Source: Elusimicrobiota bacterium (GTDB lineage: Bacteria > Elusimicrobiota > Endomicrobiia > Endomicrobiales > JBDRNC01). Taken from it: 64,000 nt of DNA. A program made the translations under genes and the position numbers. The DNA lies in NCBI GenBank assembly GCA_043811535.1, contig JBDRNC010000017.1, positions 64,001 to 128,000 of the forward strand, given 5' to 3'. The first letter of the stretch is position 1. The number at the start of each line of letters is the position of its first letter. Positions 62,392 to 64,000 of the stretch are shown piece by piece. The notes beneath the pieces are model-generated. The model had not been told where the DNA came from and searched no databases. It saw only the letters and a program-made list of their open reading frames with translations.

Positions 62392-63080
62392 TGATTCTTG
62401 AGAAACTTTCCGGCCGAAATATACCTTTCAGCCGTACCGATATCGATAAAATCATTTTCAGTTGCTACTCCGTAAATCTTTTCCGAAGCTGTAAACACGT
62501 CGTGTTCAAGAGAAAGGCTCTTGCAGGCAGGCAGCGCGGTCAGGGCATTTTTGGAGAACACATAAACCCCGGCATTAACCAGTCCGGATCCGGATGAATG
62601 ACGTTTTTCGGCGAATCCGGTTATTCTTGAATTGTTATTCAGCGATATACTCCCGTAATCCGCGGTATTTTCCGCCCTGCTAAGTAAAATAGTTATTTCA
62701 GCGTTTTTTAAAAGATGAAAATTCAAAATCACTTCAAGCCGTTCAAAACATATTGAGTCCCCGTTCAATACGAAGAACGGGTCGCTTTTAATCAAGGGTT
62801 CAGCAAGTTTAAGGGCTCCGGCGGTCCCGAGAGGCTCTTTTTCTTCGGAAATGATTATTTCGGCACCCATATCCTTCCCGGCATAGTATTTCCTTATAAA
62901 TCCTGACATGAATCCGGTGGACAGGATGATCTGTTTTATCCCGTTATCTACCAAGTTGAATATCAGATAATCAAGAAAAGGTTTTCCCGCAACTTCTGCC
63001 ATCGGCTTCGGCCTGTCCGAGACAACGCTGTGAAGCCTTGTGCCTTTTCCTCCGCAAAGAATTACGCCCGTGATATTCAT
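62388..63080 (-). CDS. hddC: Nucleotidyltransferase (heptose-1-phosphate guanylyltransferase, HddC-like)
   Basis: ILCGGKGTRL..VV.DRPKPMA, EPLGTAGA, LNGDS, VNAGVY and FIDIGT motifs. Start at ATG 63080 (63095 also possible). Confidence 0.78.
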   Translation of the reverse strand: MNITGVILCGGKGTRLHSVVSDRPKPMAEVAGKPFLDYLIFNLVDNGIKQIILSTGFMSGFIRKYYAGKDMGAEIIISEEKEPLGTAGALKLAEPLIKSDPFFVLNGDSICFERLEVILNFHLLKNAEITILLSRAENTADYGSISLNNNSRITGFAEKRHSSGSGLVNAGVYVFSKNALTALPACKSLSLEHDVFTASEKIYGVATENDFIDIGTAERYISAGKFLKNQ

Positions 63081-63117
63081 TTCTATGCTGTTCATCAGAG
63101 AATTGTAAAGCGTACGG

Positions 63118-64000
63118 TCAATTTTTTCGGGCCAGCAGGAATATTTCGCCCCCTTTTCCTTTTCTGAACATGCTGAAATACACCGAAAGAGGGGCTGAGA
63201 CGGGAAGCGCGACAAGCCATGCCGCCGTTCGTATCACCTGCACAATAAATTTCCTTAAGGGTTTTCCGGCCGGAATCGATTTTTCCTTACTGTCACTGTT
63301 TCCCGTCCGCGCGGCGAGCTCATCCATCGAATACCTTGCGGAGTAATCCGGCGTATGGCCGAGAATTATGCGTCTGAGTAAGAACACGGTGTTTTTGATA
63401 GCTTTATTCAAAGGGATTCCAAGAAGCTGATTGTAGATAGGAGTGGCGGTCATAGGGGTTTTCTTAAGCATTATTACTTCGAATCCCTCCCTGAGCATGA
63501 AATCAGTCAGAGACCTGTCGTCCCACCTTGTCAGATGGTGCGGCGGGAAGTCCCAATCTTCCCTTCTTCCGAAGAAAATTGGCCTTTTCCTGTTGGGCAC
63601 ATTCAAGGCGATATAGCCCTCTTTATTCAACATGTCTTTGCAGATATCAATTATTCCCGCGGGATTTGCCTGATGTTCAAGGAACCCGAAAAGAGTTATA
63701 ACGTCAAACTTCCTGTCTATATGCTTTTCATGAAAATATTCCAGAGTTGCCGCGTGAAGGTCGCTCAGGTTGAACCTGGACCTCGCGATATCCAGCTGTT
63801 TGTCGCTGAAATCTATACCGGCGCAGATAAAGCCGTGTTTGTCCGCGTGGAAAAGAAAATTGCCGAAGCCGCATCCGACATCGAGCAGTTTTAGATTCTT
63901 CGGGAAATTATAGCGAAAGAACGGGGCGACCCGGCTGTTCAATTTATCGGTAAAAGGATTGTCCGATTCCCTGTAAAACTCGCTTTTCTTATACCATTCA
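63118..64000 (-). CDS. Class I SAM-dependent methyltransferase (5'-truncated by the window edge; paralog of 34653-35651)
   Basis: LDVGCGFG, FLEH and DFPPHHLTRW motifs. The frame stays open to the window edge (EWYKKSEFYRESDNPFTDKL). Confidence 0.85.
   Translation of the reverse strand, partial: EWYKKSEFYRESDNPFTDKLNSRVAPFFRYNFPKNLKLLDVGCGFGNFLFHADKHGFICAGIDFSDKQLDIARSRFNLSDLHAATLEYFHEKHIDRKFDVITLFGFLEHQANPAGIIDICKDMLNKEGYIALNVPNRKRPIFFGRREDWDFPPHHLTRWDDRSLTDFMLREGFEVIMLKKTPMTATPIYNQLLGIPLNKAIKNTVFLLRRIILGHTPDYSARYSMDELAARTGNSDSKEKSIPAGKPLRKFIVQVIRTAAWLVALPVSAPLSVYFSMFRKGKGGEIFLLARKN

Overview
The whole 64 kb is one very large bacterial cell-surface glycan biosynthesis locus. About 53 tightly packed genes lie on the minus strand, and the locus runs off the right edge and possibly the left. 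In transcription order (right to left) it contains: (i) a GDP-heptose module (HddC, HddA, ColD-type 3-dehydratase, Cj1427-like oxidoreductase, DmhA/Gmd-like 4,6-dehydratase) followed by an orphan ThDP-dependent E1 alpha/beta pair, a B12-radical SAM enzyme and two atypical SDRs, which suggests a C4-branched deoxy-sugar; (ii) a complete Campylobacter-type phosphoramidate (MeOPN) cassette (Cj1415-Cj1419 homologs) that also carries a sulfotransferase-fold protein and CysQ, which suggests a PAPS-like transfer and recycling system for phosphoramidate; (iii) six cobalamin-dependent radical SAM enzymes; (iv) a WbpA/B/E/D diacetamido-uronate pathway with a frameshifted aminotransferase, two AsnB-like amidotransferases, a carbamoyltransferase and an SGNH acyltransferase; (v) five GT-C (GT39/ArnT-like) membrane glycosyltransferases with polyprenol-phosphate GT2s, a WecA-like initiator and MurJ. 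Two intergenic regions flanking the WbpB-like gene are built of related heptamer repeats. I saw no rRNA, tRNA, CRISPR array or transposase. All family assignments come from motifs and remembered sequences; no database search was run.
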